From an uncultured Croceitalea sp. (GTDB lineage: Bacteria; Bacteroidota; Bacteroidia; Flavobacteriales; Flavobacteriaceae), in assembly GCF_947495075.1 (NCBI RefSeq), contig NZ_CANLXH010000004.1: a DNA stretch of 64,000 nucleotides; one strand, given 5' to 3'. Both the position numbers and the translations under genes were made by a program. Each line of letters starts with the position of its first letter. Position 1 is the first letter of the stretch. Below, in pieces: positions 48,941-59,089 of this stretch. The notes below the pieces were generated by a model that was not told the origin of the DNA, ran no database searches, and saw only the letters and a list, made by a program, of their open reading frames with translations.

Positions 48941-49825
48941 TTAATCCGCAGATTTATAAATAAATTCCATAATACGGTCCGCATTAATGAACCCTTGCCC
49001 ATGAGTTGCATCCCATTCTTTTGAAAGGCCTAATTTTTGCACTTGCTCTAATGAGTTTCCAGCTGCTCTAGCCTTAACTACACGTTTACGTAATTTTAAA
49101 ATAACCTCTTTATAATTTTGTAGGTCACTCTTATTGGCAACTCTGCCATGACCAGGAATTATTTTAGTTTCATCATCGATAATACCTAGGGCCATAGTTA
49201 CATTACTTATTAAACCGTCTATATCACCACCAGAATTTAAATCTATGTATGGATAACGACCAACGAAAAAATTGTCTCCCATATGCAATACATTATCTTC
49301 TGGAAAATAGTAGTAAGAATCACCATCTGTATGAGCATCATTTACATGCATAGCATGCATACTATTACCATTACCTAAGAAGAGTGTCATTTTATCATTA
49401 AATGTAATAACAGGTAAAGCTATATCTGGCGAAGGTTCTACAATACGACCTCCTCCTCTATCTTGTTTAGTGGACATTCTTTTCCTAACATTCTCATGGG
49501 CTATTATTATTGCCCCTTGATTTGCCATATTCTCATTACCTCCCGCATGGTCCCCATGCCAATGGGTATTTAGCACCCATTTTACAGGCTTATCGGTTAA
49601 AGTCTTGACATGTGCCAATATTTTACCTGACAATGGGTCAAATTGATCATCAATTAAATATGCATTTTCTTCACCGATTGCTAGTCCAATATTTCCTCCT
49701 GAACCAAACAATACATAAATATTATCTGAAAGTTTTTCTGAAGTAATTTTAATACTACTCCAGTCTCTTTGCCCGTAGGACATTAGACCAATAAATGTTA
49801 ATATTAATAGGGTAGTGTTTTTCAT
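48941..49825 (-). CDS. Exported MBL-fold metallo-hydrolase
   Basis: Signal peptide; NTHWHGDH, AHTDGD, HMGD, IIPGHG. Confidence 0.88.
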   Translation of the reverse strand: MKNTTLLILTFIGLMSYGQRDWSSIKITSEKLSDNIYVLFGSGGNIGLAIGEENAYLIDDQFDPLSGKILAHVKTLTDKPVKWVLNTHWHGDHAGGNENMANQGAIIIAHENVRKRMSTKQDRGGGRIVEPSPDIALPVITFNDKMTLFLGNGNSMHAMHVNDAHTDGDSYYYFPEDNVLHMGDNFFVGRYPYIDLNSGGDIDGLISNVTMALGIIDDETKIIPGHGRVANKSDLQNYKEVILKLRKRVVKARAAGNSLEQVQKLGLSKEWDATHGQGFINADRIMEFIYKSAD

Positions 49826-49876
49826 TTTTAAGTTTAAAAGGTTTTACCTTAATAAATCGCAGATTTTACTTAAACC

Positions 49877-50392
49877 TTACACCCAAAGCAAAATAAATGT
49901 TAATATTACACCACCTGCAGCAAAATAAAGCCCTTTTTTAAAAATAGTACTTCCTGGTAAAAACATCCAAAAAGCAGAAACCACAAAGAATAATAAAGCT
50001 ACCCCAAAAAATATATTTAAGATATACAGAGGATCTGCAGATTTAGCTTTATGCATATGTGTCATTCTGTCTAATACCAATGGTAATTTCTTTGTAACAT
50101 AAGTTACTTTACCTGTTTTTGTATTGTAAGAGCCCTGTTTAAAACTGGCTACATCTTCATTTACGTTAGTAAATTCTAATCTTTTTATTTTAATCTCCTT
50201 GCCTAATTGTTCGGCGCTTAGGTTAGAAGTAAGTTGTTTTTCATGTAGTTTTTCAACTTTTAGGAAATCGGTATCCCTAAAAATTAAGACTATTCCGCTA
50301 ATTGCATAAACACCCATTATTCCTGCTAAAAAAAAGCCTAGATACCTATGATAAATACGCATTTTATTAGAACGCTCTCGCTGTTTCAACAT
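49877..50392 (-). CDS. PepSY-associated TM helix family protein
   Basis: HRYLGFF...Y..SG, HK, terminal TM hairpin. Confidence 0.6.
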   Translation of the reverse strand: MLKQRERSNKMRIYHRYLGFFLAGIMGVYAISGIVLIFRDTDFLKVEKLHEKQLTSNLSAEQLGKEIKIKRLEFTNVNEDVASFKQGSYNTKTGKVTYVTKKLPLVLDRMTHMHKAKSADPLYILNIFFGVALLFFVVSAFWMFLPGSTIFKKGLYFAAGGVILTFILLWV

Positions 50393-50510
50393 TATTTAGA
50401 ATGGTTTTAAACAAAGAAAAGTCTTTTGTAACATATTTACAAGAGAATGGTAAAATACATTTCGTAATTACACTTGATAAAACTGTAGTTTTGTCCACTT
50501 ATTTCTATCT

Positions 50511-51341
50511 GTGAAAAAAGCCATTCTTTTTATGCTTATTAGTACTGCATCATTTTCATTAATGAATGCTTTTATAAAATACCTAGAGCATATCCCAGGA
50601 TTTCAGTTAGTATTCTTTAGGGCGGTCACCTCTTTTATTTTTGCAACTACTTATTTATTAAAAAACAACATATCTATCCTTGGAAACCAAAGAAAGTTAC
50701 TATCTATAAGGGCAATATTTGGACTTATATCTATGAGTTTGTTCTTTTTTTCGTTTAAATATTTACCTATTGGCACTGCGGTTTCTTTACGATATGTAGC
50801 CCCAATCTTTGCTGCAATTTTTGCTGTTTTTCTTCTAAAAGAGAAACTAAAACCAATTCAGTTCTTATTTTTCTTCATAGCATTTGCTGGAGTTATCATA
50901 TTAAAAGGGTTTAATGGAAATATAAGTAATACAGGTATGCTACTGGTAATTACAGCATCTGTTTTTACTGGTTTGGTTTACGTTTTTATCCGAAAAATTG
51001 GAATGAGAGACCACCCAGTAGTCGTAGTAAACTATTTTATGTTTTTATCCACGGTTATAGGCGGCATCATAAGTCTATTTATATGGATCCAGCCTCAAGG
51101 ATGGGATTGGGTTCTTTTGGGTAGTTTAGGTGTATTCGGATATTTTGGGCAAGTGTATATGACAAAAGCTTTCCAAGCAGCAGCCACTAATAGAGTTGCA
51201 CCTATAAAATATACCGAAGTTATCTTCACCATTAGTATTGGTGTATTCTGGTTTCAAGATGATTATTCTATTTGGAGTTTTATTGGACTTTTTTTAATCG
51301 TTGGAGCTCTAATTGCGAATACTTTGGTTAAAAAGACCTAG
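50511..51341 (+). CDS. EamA/DMT family transporter
   Basis: GTG start; 10 hydrophobic helices, VFFR, LLKEK. Confidence 0.88.
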   Translation: MKKAILFMLISTASFSLMNAFIKYLEHIPGFQLVFFRAVTSFIFATTYLLKNNISILGNQRKLLSIRAIFGLISMSLFFFSFKYLPIGTAVSLRYVAPIFAAIFAVFLLKEKLKPIQFLFFFIAFAGVIILKGFNGNISNTGMLLVITASVFTGLVYVFIRKIGMRDHPVVVVNYFMFLSTVIGGIISLFIWIQPQGWDWVLLGSLGVFGYFGQVYMTKAFQAAATNRVAPIKYTEVIFTISIGVFWFQDDYSIWSFIGLFLIVGALIANTLVKKT

Positions 51342-51350
51342 TACAATTGA

Positions 51351-53993
51351 TTAACTTAAACTAGCCAAACTCTTCTCTAAAGTCTCAATTTTAGCTTCTG
51401 CATCTGCTACTTTTTTACGCTCCATCTCCACTACTTTTTCTGGGGCATTATTCACAAAACGCTCATTAGATAATTTCTTTTGAACGGATAGTAAAAAGCC
51501 TTTGGTATATTTTAGCTCTTCATTGAGTTTTTTAATTTCCTCTTCTATATCTATAGCACCAGCAATAGGTATAAAATATTCATTACTGCCAACTCTAAAA
51601 CTCAATGCACCATCAACTGCTTTATCAACCTCACTAATATCAGAAATATTACTTAACTTGACTATAATAGCATTCATATTAGAAGCTTTTTTCTCAGTAG
51701 GAAGTTCTAATAATTCCAATACTTCTTTGTTTGGTATGTTTTTCTCTTTTCTAATATTACGAACTCCAGAAATCACCTCAGCAGCAAAATCAAAATCTGT
51801 TATTAAATCGCTGTTTGTCTCGCTAGCTTTTGGCCAATCAGCAATGCACAATGCTTCTTCTGGATTACGTTTAGACATATGCTGCCATACCTCTTCGCTT
51901 AAAAAGGGCATAAAAGGATGTAATAGTTTTAGATTTTCTTCAAACAAATGAATTACCTGAGCTAGTGTTTTTTTATCAATTGGCTGCTGATACGCAGGTT
52001 TCACTATCTCTAAGAACCAAGAACAGAAATCATCCCAAACTAACTTATAAATAGCCATTAATGCATCTGAAATACGATATTTACTGTAATGGTCTTCTAT
52101 TTCTGTTAAAGTCTTATTAAACTTAGCCGTATACCACTCAATACCCATTTTCGCAGCTTCGGGTTGCTCTATATCAGCTACTTCCCATCCTTTTACTAAT
52201 CTAAAGGCATTCCAGATTTTGTTAGCAAAATTCTTTCCTTGTTGGCATAAAGCTTCATCGAACATTAAATCGTTTCCCGCAGCAGAACTTAATAACAATC
52301 CAACACGAACACCATCAGCACCGTATTCTTCTATTAATTTTAAAGCATCAGGTGAATTTCCTAAAGATTTAGACATCTTACGACGCTGTTTATCTCTTAC
52401 CAACCCTGTTAAATACACATTCTCATATGGTCTTTCATCACGGAATTCATACCCAGCCACAATCATACGGGCCACCCAGAAAAACAGAATATCTGGTCCT
52501 GTCACCAAATCATTTGTAGGATAATAATAGTTTACTTCTTCATTATCCGGTTCTAAAATTCCTCCAAAAACACTTATTGGCCATAACCATGAAGAAAACC
52601 AGGTATCCAGAACATCATTGTCCTGGCGTAAATCATTAGCTGTCAGAGATCTCTCGACTCCGTTTGCAGAGACAGCCTGCTGCGCTAATTTTAAAGCTTC
52701 TTCAGGCGATTCTGCAACTACAAAATCTTCTTTTCCATCGCCATAATAGTACGCTGGAATTTGCTGTCCCCACCATAACTGCCGCGAGATATTCCAATCG
52801 CGAATATTCTCCATCCAATGACGGTAGGTATTTTCATACTTTTTGGGAAACAACTTTACATCACCATCTTTTAAAACAGCATCTATAGCTGGTTTGGCTA
52901 AATCTTCCATTTTAAGAAACCACTGATCAGACAGTCTAGGTTCAATAACAGCTTTTGTACGTTCAGAAGTTCCAACTTTATTGGTGTGCTGCTCCGTTTT
53001 TACTAAAAAACCTTTTTCTTCTAGCTCTTGGGCAATTTCTTTACGTACCACAAAACGGTCTCTACCTTCGTAATGAAGACCAAAAGAGTTTAAACTAGCA
53101 TCTTCATTAAAAATATCTATAACCTCTAGATTGTGTTTTTCTCCAAGGTTTTTATCATTTTCATCATGAGCGGGTGTTACTTTTAAGCATCCTGTTCCAA
53201 ACTCTACATCTACATATTCATCTTCAATAATAGGAATTACACGTCCACAAATAGGAACAATCGCTTTTTTACCCCTAAGATGTGTATAACGTTCATCATT
53301 AGGATTAATACAAATAGCAGTATCACCAAGAATTGTTTCAGGTCTAGTGGTAGCAATTGTTACTTTTTCATCTGAGCCTTCAATTTCATAGGATAAATAG
53401 TATAACAATCCTTGTCTTTCCTCGTAATTTACTTCCTCATCCGATAGTGTTGTTTTGGCTTCTGGGTCCCAGTTTACCATTCTAAAACCTCTGTAAATCA
53501 ACTCTTTGTTATATAAATCGATAAATACTTTTATAACAGAAGCAGACATATCGTCATCCATGGTAAACTTAGTACGGTTCCAATCACAGGAACAACCTAA
53601 TTTTTTTAATTGCTCTAAGATTACACCTCCGTACTCATCTGTCCAGTCCCAAGCATGCTTCAAAAACTCCTCACGAGTTAAATCTTTTTTATTTATGCCT
53701 TCATCTTTTAATTTAGCCACAACTTTGGCCTCAGTCGCTATGGATGCGTGGTCCATACCTGGCACCCAACATGCATTTTTACCCTGTAAACGTGCTTTTC
53801 GGATAAGTACATCTTGTATTGTATTATTTAACATATGCCCCATATGCAATACACCTGTTACGTTTGGCGGTGGTATTACTATCGTATAAGGCTCTCTATT
53901 ATCAGGTTTTGAAGAGAAAAAGTCATGCTTCATCCAGTAGTCATACCAGTGTCCTTCAACCTTTTTTGAGTCATATTTAGAGGGAATCTCCAT
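51351..53993 (-). CDS. valS: Valine--tRNA ligase
   Basis: [29 protein letters not shown]-terminal coiled coil. Confidence 0.98.
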   Translation of the reverse strand: MEIPSKYDSKKVEGHWYDYWMKHDFFSSKPDNREPYTIVIPPPNVTGVLHMGHMLNNTIQDVLIRKARLQGKNACWVPGMDHASIATEAKVVAKLKDEGINKKDLTREEFLKHAWDWTDEYGGVILEQLKKLGCSCDWNRTKFTMDDDMSASVIKVFIDLYNKELIYRGFRMVNWDPEAKTTLSDEEVNYEERQGLLYYLSYEIEGSDEKVTIATTRPETILGDTAICINPNDERYTHLRGKKAIVPICGRVIPIIEDEYVDVEFGTGCLKVTPAHDENDKNLGEKHNLEVIDIFNEDASLNSFGLHYEGRDRFVVRKEIAQELEEKGFLVKTEQHTNKVGTSERTKAVIEPRLSDQWFLKMEDLAKPAIDAVLKDGDVKLFPKKYENTYRHWMENIRDWNISRQLWWGQQIPAYYYGDGKEDFVVAESPEEALKLAQQAVSANGVERSLTANDLRQDNDVLDTWFSSWLWPISVFGGILEPDNEEVNYYYPTNDLVTGPDILFFWVARMIVAGYEFRDERPYENVYLTGLVRDKQRRKMSKSLGNSPDALKLIEEYGADGVRVGLLLSSAAGNDLMFDEALCQQGKNFANKIWNAFRLVKGWEVADIEQPEAAKMGIEWYTAKFNKTLTEIEDHYSKYRISDALMAIYKLVWDDFCSWFLEIVKPAYQQPIDKKTLAQVIHLFEENLKLLHPFMPFLSEEVWQHMSKRNPEEALCIADWPKASETNSDLITDFDFAAEVISGVRNIRKEKNIPNKEVLELLELPTEKKASNMNAIIVKLSNISDISEVDKAVDGALSFRVGSNEYFIPIAGAIDIEEEIKKLNEELKYTKGFLLSVQKKLSNERFVNNAPEKVVEMERKKVADAEAKIETLEKSLASLS
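52639..52676. repeat. REP-like palindrome embedded in frame in valS
   Basis: GCTGTC-AGAGATCTCTCGACTCCGTTTGCAGA-GACAGC, encoding [13 protein letters not shown]. Confidence 0.5.
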
Positions 53994-54102
53994 ATTTTCG
54001 GTATAGTTTTTGTCTTATCAAGTTTGAATTGAAATTTTATTGAGAATTGTAATGTTAAATTTTACAATTCTTCGACCAAATGCCAATTCTAGAAATACGA
54101 AA

Positions 54103-54168
54103 CAAAAGTAAGTAACGTTATTAGATGACAAAAGAATTTTGGATGTAGGTTTTAATCACCTAAATTTG
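54103..54168. promoter_or_regulatory. Back-to-back promoters for valS (-) and the DUF1573 gene (+)
   Basis: Minus: TTTG 54132-54129, TACTTTTG 54110-54103. Plus: TTTG 54138-54141, 19 nt, TAAATTTG 54161-54168. Confidence 0.6.
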
Positions 54169-54192
54169 GAGTTCCTCAAAAAAATTAAAAAG

Positions 54193-54579
54193 ATGAAAAA
54201 AGTAGTACTTTTATTATTTGTAGGTCTTATGGCCTTAAGCGTAAAAGCACAGGACAAGACTGCTAAAATCGAGTTTAAAACTGAAACCATTGATTATGGT
54301 AAAGTACAGCGCGGTGGTGATGGTGTAAGAACTTTTGAATTTACAAACACTGGTGATGCACCACTAGTTATTAGCAATGTTAAATCTAGCTGCGGTTGTA
54401 CCATTCCTAAGAAACCTGAAGCTCCTATTGCTCCTGGTGAAACAGGGAAAATAGAAGTAAAATATGACACTAAAAGACCTGTTGGTCCTTTTAGAAAAGC
54501 AATTACAGTAACTTCTAATGCAGATACACCAACTAAAGTCATCAAAATTAAAGGTGAATTAGTTGAAGGTGCTAAATAG
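54193..54579 (+). CDS. DUF1573 domain exported protein
   Basis: F.F.NTG.APL.I.NV.SSCGCT.P, I.PGE.G.I.V.YD; start set to ATG 54193. Confidence 0.9.
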   Translation: MKKVVLLLFVGLMALSVKAQDKTAKIEFKTETIDYGKVQRGGDGVRTFEFTNTGDAPLVISNVKSSCGCTIPKKPEAPIAPGETGKIEVKYDTKRPVGPFRKAITVTSNADTPTKVIKIKGELVEGAK

Positions 54580-54599
54580 ACAGTTGTAAAATTTATACA

Positions 54600-54631
54600 A
54601 AAAAAGCCTTGACAATTGTCAAGGCTTTTTT
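54600..54631. terminator. Bidirectional terminator (perfect 32-bp palindrome)
   Basis: AAAAAAGCCTTGACAATTGTCAAGGCTTTTTT between convergent genes. Confidence 0.85.
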
Positions 54632-55968
54632 GATTTAAAAATATCTTCAACTACAAAAGAAAATAATAAATCTTTGTTGTAACGTTCAATTAACAATCGC
54701 ACCTTTTTTCCTTCCTTCTGATTAATCATCGAAAGTATCTCTTGTAATTTATATTGATGCACTCTTTTACCATTGACTGCCAAAATAACATCTCCTTCTT
54801 TAAGACCAGCTTCTTCCGCTGGACTACCAGCTCTTATTCCAGAGACCACAATTTCTGGAACAAGACTTAATCTGGTTGTACCATCAAGTAAAATCTGAAC
54901 ATTACCAAAAGTATCTTTTCCATTTCCTGGTTTTACAATACCTTGAGCATTGGTAATACGTTCAGAAATGTAACGTAAACCGTTGTGTTGAAGTGCTATG
55001 CCCGCTAGATTATAATGAAAAGATGTTTTAAAGTTAGTATTCTTTTTGAGGTAAATTAGTTTCTTATTATAGTCAAAAACCATATTAAAGCGCTTTAAAA
55101 CCTCTCCTCCCAAACTACCATTTCTATCTCCAAAATTTTTAACTGCACCAAAAGATTCTTTGAATGGAAAAGCCGCTTTAGCATCTTTTAAAAAAAAATC
55201 TCCTATTCGTACGCCCTTTAGTTTTGTTCGTTTGCCAAAAATATCTCCACTTAATCCCCGACCTAAAAAATCATCATAATTTTTATCTGGAATTCTAACT
55301 CCTTTTTCTGGGTCATGAAAAAGCCATAATGCGTCGCTGCTACCTGTATCGATTAACAACTTTACAGGGATATCAGAGTCATCTTCCAAAAGAATAGCAC
55401 CAGTTAGGTAAGCCTTCTTTTTATAAATAGCCAATGGTAATACTTGATGTTTTTTCAATTTTTTTGTGTTGTACTCTCCTTGTTTATATAACCTTATATA
55501 TTTTTTTGAGTAATTAACATCAACTATAAAACTTTCAAAAACATCATAACCAATAATACCATGTACAGGCACACCCAAGGAAGTGGAAAAGTTTAAATCT
55601 TTATCTAAAACCACATATAAAGACTGATTAAAACTAGCTGCATTTCCTATTTTAAAAATATTATTTGTGGATTTTAGTGCCTCCATAGGTTCCCCTTCAC
55701 CTAAACCTTGCAATGTTATTTTTGAAACATTATTAATCTGAATTGAATCCTGGTTTGATAAATTGAATAAAATAGGGCTACTTACTCCAGAATCTAATAT
55801 AAAGGATAGCTTTGCCCCATTAACTTCCACAGGAACAACCATTAAATTATTTATAAGTTGAAAATTTATTTTTTCAAACTTCTTTCCAGGAGGAAGCTGA
55901 AATTTCTGAGCATTCGCAGATAAGCAAACACAAAGAACAAAACATACTATGTAGAATATTCTTAGCAA
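54619..55968 (-). CDS. Exported aspartyl protease (two retropepsin-like domains) with PDZ
   Basis: TTG start; ILDSG and LIDTG motifs; GSPAEEAGLKEGD.I..VNG PDZ. Confidence 0.85.
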   Translation of the reverse strand: MLRIFYIVCFVLCVCLSANAQKFQLPPGKKFEKINFQLINNLMVVPVEVNGAKLSFILDSGVSSPILFNLSNQDSIQINNVSKITLQGLGEGEPMEALKSTNNIFKIGNAASFNQSLYVVLDKDLNFSTSLGVPVHGIIGYDVFESFIVDVNYSKKYIRLYKQGEYNTKKLKKHQVLPLAIYKKKAYLTGAILLEDDSDIPVKLLIDTGSSDALWLFHDPEKGVRIPDKNYDDFLGRGLSGDIFGKRTKLKGVRIGDFFLKDAKAAFPFKESFGAVKNFGDRNGSLGGEVLKRFNMVFDYNKKLIYLKKNTNFKTSFHYNLAGIALQHNGLRYISERITNAQGIVKPGNGKDTFGNVQILLDGTTRLSLVPEIVVSGIRAGSPAEEAGLKEGDVILAVNGKRVHQYKLQEILSMINQKEGKKVRLLIERYNKDLLFSFVVEDIFKSKKP

Positions 55969-56122
55969 AAAATATGTTGTTTTATTGATTGTTACTTTTA
56001 AAGATAGGAAATAATTGAATTGGCTTATATTAATTTAACATTATAGAAGTATAGAAATAAAACCTCCGTTAAATTGTTTACTTAAGGCACATTAGCGATT
56101 TTTGTGAAAAATAAAGTTCGTA

Positions 56123-57316
56123 ATGCCAACAATTTCATTGAAAGGAAGTAAAATGCCTTCCTCTCCTATTCGAAAACTAGTTCCTTTTGCTGAAACAGCT
56201 AAAAAAAGAGGTATCCATGTAATACATTTAAATATTGGGCAACCAGATATTAAAACTCCCAAAATTGCCTTAGATGCTGTAAGGAATAGTAAAATAGAAG
56301 TTTTAGCATATAGCAGAACTGAGGGGTCTGAAGAATACCGAAATAAAATAGCTGGTTATTATGGTAAACATAATCTAAATATAGAATCTAGTGATATTAT
56401 CGTAACTACAGGTGGGTCAGAAGCACTGTCATTTGCAATGGGCAGTATTTTAGATGAAGGTGACGAAGTTATTATTCCGGAACCTTTCTATGCTAATTAC
56501 AATGGTTTTGCGACTGCAAATGGCGTTAATGTTGTTCCCATAGTTTCTAAAATAGAAGAAAATTTTGCGCTTCCATCAATAGCTGAATTCGAAAAATTAA
56601 TTTCGCCAAAGACAAAAGCAGTACTAATCTGTAACCCTGGCAACCCAACAGGTTATCTGTATACAAAAGAAGAAATTAACCAATTAGCTAAATTGGTTAA
56701 AAAACATAATCTTTTTCTTATCGCAGACGAGGTTTACCGCGAGTTTGCATATGATGATAAAGAGCATCATTCACTATTAAGTGTTTCTGGCTTAGAAGAC
56801 AATGCCATAGTAATCGATTCTGTATCCAAAAGATACAGCATGTGCGGGGCTCGAATAGGTTGCTTGGTTTCAAAAAATAAGGAAGTCATACAAACCACAT
56901 TAAAATTTGCACAGGCAAGGTTATCACCGCCAACTTTAGCTCAAATAGCTAGTGAAGCCGCTTTAGAAACACCACAAAGTTATTTTGATGATGTAATTAA
57001 AGAATATGTTTCTAGGCGAAATTTATTGATTGAAGAACTTCAAAAAATTGAAGGTGTAAAAGTCGCTCAACCAAATGGAGCTTTTTATTGTGTGGTAGAG
57101 CTTCCTGTTAAAGATTCAGATGATTTTGCCCAGTGGTTGTTAGAATACTTTAATATTGATGGAGAAACCGTGATGGTTGCTCCTGCAGCCGGTTTCTATG
57201 CTTCAGAAGGTCTTGGAAACAACCAAATACGTATAGCATATGTACTCAAGAAGGATCAACTAAAAAAAGCAGTGCAAATTCTGTCTGAAGGTTTAAAACA
57301 ATATCACAATTCGTGA
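56123..57316 (+). CDS. Class I/II PLP-dependent aminotransferase (AspC-like)
   Basis: LNIGQPD, TTGGSEA, NPGNPTG, DEVY.EF, SKRYSMCGARIG. Confidence 0.9.
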   Translation: MPTISLKGSKMPSSPIRKLVPFAETAKKRGIHVIHLNIGQPDIKTPKIALDAVRNSKIEVLAYSRTEGSEEYRNKIAGYYGKHNLNIESSDIIVTTGGSEALSFAMGSILDEGDEVIIPEPFYANYNGFATANGVNVVPIVSKIEENFALPSIAEFEKLISPKTKAVLICNPGNPTGYLYTKEEINQLAKLVKKHNLFLIADEVYREFAYDDKEHHSLLSVSGLEDNAIVIDSVSKRYSMCGARIGCLVSKNKEVIQTTLKFAQARLSPPTLAQIASEAALETPQSYFDDVIKEYVSRRNLLIEELQKIEGVKVAQPNGAFYCVVELPVKDSDDFAQWLLEYFNIDGETVMVAPAAGFYASEGLGNNQIRIAYVLKKDQLKKAVQILSEGLKQYHNS

Positions 57317-58329
57317 ATATTCAAGAAAACATTTCTCTTAAGGCATACAATACTTTTGGTATTGCAGCTAATGCTAAATTCTTTTTAGAAGTTAATAGCC
57401 TACTACAATTACAAAAGGCTTTACAATTGTCCGCATATCCAGAAAAGTTTATCATTAGTGGTGGTAGTAATATGCTACTAACAAAAGATATTAATGCGCT
57501 GGTACTACACATTAACCTAAAAGGAGTTTCAGTCTTTGAAGAGGAGGAGAATTCTGTTATAATTAAAGTTATGGCTGGTGAAAACTGGCATAAATTGGTA
57601 TTATGGACTTTATATTATGACTATGGTGGTTTAGAGAACCTCTCTTACATTCCTGGTAATACGGGAACTGCTCCTATACAAAATATTGGGGCTTATGGGG
57701 TTGAATTAAAAGATGTGTTTGTTAGTTGCGAGGCCATGGACATACAAACACAGGAGCTCAAAGAATTTACTAAGGAAGATTGCAAATTTGGTTATAGGGA
57801 TTCAATATTCAAAAACGAAGCAAAAGGAAAATATATTATTACATCAGTCAAACTAAAGTTAACGAAGAACAACCATAAATTACATACTTTTTATGGAGCT
57901 ATTGAACAAGAATTAGCAAAAAATAGTATTATTCATCCAACAATTAAAGACGTGTCAAACGCAGTAATAGCCATCAGGAAAAGTAAATTACCAAACCCTA
58001 AAGAAATTGGGAATAGTGGAAGTTTCTTTAAAAATCCTGTTGTATCTAAAAAAGTCTTTGAAGCTCTTAAGAATAAAAATTCTGATGTGCCTTTCTATGA
58101 AATTGAAAATAAAACTTTTAAAATACCTGCTGGTTGGCTTATTGAGCAATGCGGCTTTAAAGGCAAACGCTTTGGGGATGCTGGAGTTCACCAAAAGCAA
58201 GCATTAGTTCTAGTAAACTATGATAATGCATCTGGAGAGGAAATTTTAAACTTATCAGAAAAGATTCAGGAAGCTGTGTTTGATAAATTTAAAATTAGAA
58301 TTATCCCGGAAGTAAATATAATAAAATAA
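57313..58329 (+). CDS. murB: UDP-N-acetylenolpyruvoylglucosamine reductase
   Basis: GTG start; GGSN.L, GLENL..IPG..G.APIQNIGAYG, GNSGSFFKNP, QALVLVN. Confidence 0.96.
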   Translation: MNIQENISLKAYNTFGIAANAKFFLEVNSLLQLQKALQLSAYPEKFIISGGSNMLLTKDINALVLHINLKGVSVFEEEENSVIIKVMAGENWHKLVLWTLYYDYGGLENLSYIPGNTGTAPIQNIGAYGVELKDVFVSCEAMDIQTQELKEFTKEDCKFGYRDSIFKNEAKGKYIITSVKLKLTKNNHKLHTFYGAIEQELAKNSIIHPTIKDVSNAVIAIRKSKLPNPKEIGNSGSFFKNPVVSKKVFEALKNKNSDVPFYEIENKTFKIPAGWLIEQCGFKGKRFGDAGVHQKQALVLVNYDNASGEEILNLSEKIQEAVFDKFKIRIIPEVNIIK

Positions 58330-58463
58330 CCCCCGATTTCTTGAGAGAAAAACGAGGGTTATACCAAACCAAACTAACCAAAAATTTATATACGTTTTAA
58401 CTATTATTCTTTTAAAAAACTAAAACACACCGTAATAATCAATTTCTTACTTTAGCGTTTGTA
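58321..58463 (-). ncRNA. Candidate ECF-dependent small RNA (about 140 nt)
   Basis: No ORF; AATCC-N16-CGTA upstream, terminator downstream, UUUUGGUUAGUUUGGUUUGG just before the hairpin. Confidence 0.4.
58325..58362 (-). terminator. Hairpin with U-rich tail on the minus strand, at the murB stop
   Basis: TAACCC...TTTCT/AGAAA...GGGTTA; the minus strand continues TTATTTTAT. Confidence 0.55.
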
Positions 58464-58467
58464 TATA

Positions 58468-58492
58468 TACGGTAAGAATCATTTTTTGGATT
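58468..58492 (-). promoter_or_regulatory. ECF-type promoter pointing away from the sigma gene
   Basis: AATCC (58492-58488), 16 nt, CGTA (58471-58468). Confidence 0.45.
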
Positions 58493-58525
58493 TTTTTTAA
58501 ATCATTTTTTACCAACGCCCTATAA

Positions 58526-59089
58526 ATGAGCACACTACTTGAAAAACACATTGTAGAATTATTACAAGATCGTGACGAAAAAGCAATTTCATTACTTTAT
58601 GACAATTATGGAGACACCTTATATGGGGTAGCATATAAAGTTGTAAAAGACGAGAATTTAGCTCAAGATGTTGTACAAGAAAGTTTTATTAAAATTTGGA
58701 AGAAATCTGATTCTTATGATGCAACCAAAGCAAAATTATTTACATGGTTATTTAGAATAACTAGAAATACAGCAATAGACAAATTAAGAAGTGTAAACAC
58801 AAAAGCGGATAAGGAAATCCAAATAGACGTTTCAGACGTATATAATTTAGGTGAGCGAGGCATTATGCCAGAATTAATGGATGTTAAGGAAAACCTTGAT
58901 AAAATTGAATCTAAATACAAAATTGTCCTCGAAGCCTTGTTTTTTGAAGGAATGACCCAGCAAGAAGCCAGCGATGAGCTAGATATTCCTCTGGGTACCA
59001 TCAAGTCACGATTAAAAATTGGACTTCGTGAATTACGTAAAATATATGGCACCTCTATGGTGTTAGCAATAGCAATAAGTGTTTTGTAA
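58526..59089 (+). CDS. ECF RNA polymerase sigma factor (SigK-like)
   Basis: AQDVVQESFIKIW, FTWLFRITRN.AID.LR, IPLGTIKSRLK. Confidence 0.93.
   Translation: MSTLLEKHIVELLQDRDEKAISLLYDNYGDTLYGVAYKVVKDENLAQDVVQESFIKIWKKSDSYDATKAKLFTWLFRITRNTAIDKLRSVNTKADKEIQIDVSDVYNLGERGIMPELMDVKENLDKIESKYKIVLEALFFEGMTQQEASDELDIPLGTIKSRLKIGLRELRKIYGTSMVLAIAISVL

Noticed and set aside
53994-54110. Possible T-box or Val leader peptide for valS
   Set aside because: No T-box consensus, terminator or ATG-initiated Val-rich ORF.
55187-55198. A9 homopolymer in the aspartyl protease gene as a phase-variation site
   Set aside because: The frame is intact, and A/T runs of this length are expected in such an AT-rich genome.
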